Shown here: positions 63,691-64,000 of the stretch, piece by piece
How the letters are laid out: every line of letters starts with the position of its first letter
Numbering within the stretch: position 1 is the stretch's first letter
DNA from: Mobula hypostoma
Taxonomy: Eukaryota
Direction: 5' to 3'
DNA: 64,000 bases
NCBI RefSeq assembly: GCF_963921235.1
Contig: NC_086108.1
Span: forward strand, 19,468,001 to 19,532,000
Program-made: the position numbers and the translations under genes
Notes under the pieces: generated by a model
Databases searched by the model: none
What the model was told of the DNA's origin: nothing
Seen by the model: only the letters and a program-made list of their open reading frames with translations

Positions 63691-64000
63691 TCAAGCATTT
63701 TAATTAAAGTTAAATTCTGTGCCCAAGATAGAAATATTCAGAGCCAGCCTCAAATTTCTCACACTTCAATCTAATGTGTCAAGAAATATTCAAGGCATTC
63801 ACAAACTAGTTATATTGGACCAGGCTACTTTAAAAACTTAATATACAACAACCAGACCCGCACCCCTTTAAATACTGGCATTTGATTGCTCAGATTACCC
63901 ATTCCCAGCAGCACTGGAAAGGAATTGAAACACTCAAAGCAAACACACAAACTTTTATGAAAAGAAATGTCAAATCAAATTCCAGTCAGCAGAAATCTCA

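Overview
Eukaryotic, repeat-dominated DNA. The repeat families (V-SINEs, CR1, Rex1/Babar, Penelope-like elements) suggest a cartilaginous fish, probably a ray or shark; this is an inference. The only host gene I can support is IMP3 (U3 snoRNP protein) on the minus strand. Two consecutive coding exons (60722-60615 and 2405-2331) have compatible phase-2 GT-AG junctions, so nearly the whole window is one 58,209-bp intron. The intron holds layered mobile elements. These include young Neptune-type Penelope-like elements (PLEs) whose 3' ends carry minimal hammerhead ribozyme motifs (three young copies lie in the sense of the IMP3 pre-mRNA), and a Gmr1-like Gypsy LTR element nested in a PLE nested in a Tigger-like transposon with two TSDs recoverable. 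Also present are Tigger derivatives carrying a hAT-type foldback MITE, a CR1 inside a Gypsy pol fragment, internally deleted Rex1- and CR1-derived short elements, solo LTRs, SINEs and a perfect two-unit minisatellite. No prokaryotic features or CRISPR arrays. Family names come from motif recognition by eye, not database searches, and boundaries of degraded repeats are approximate.
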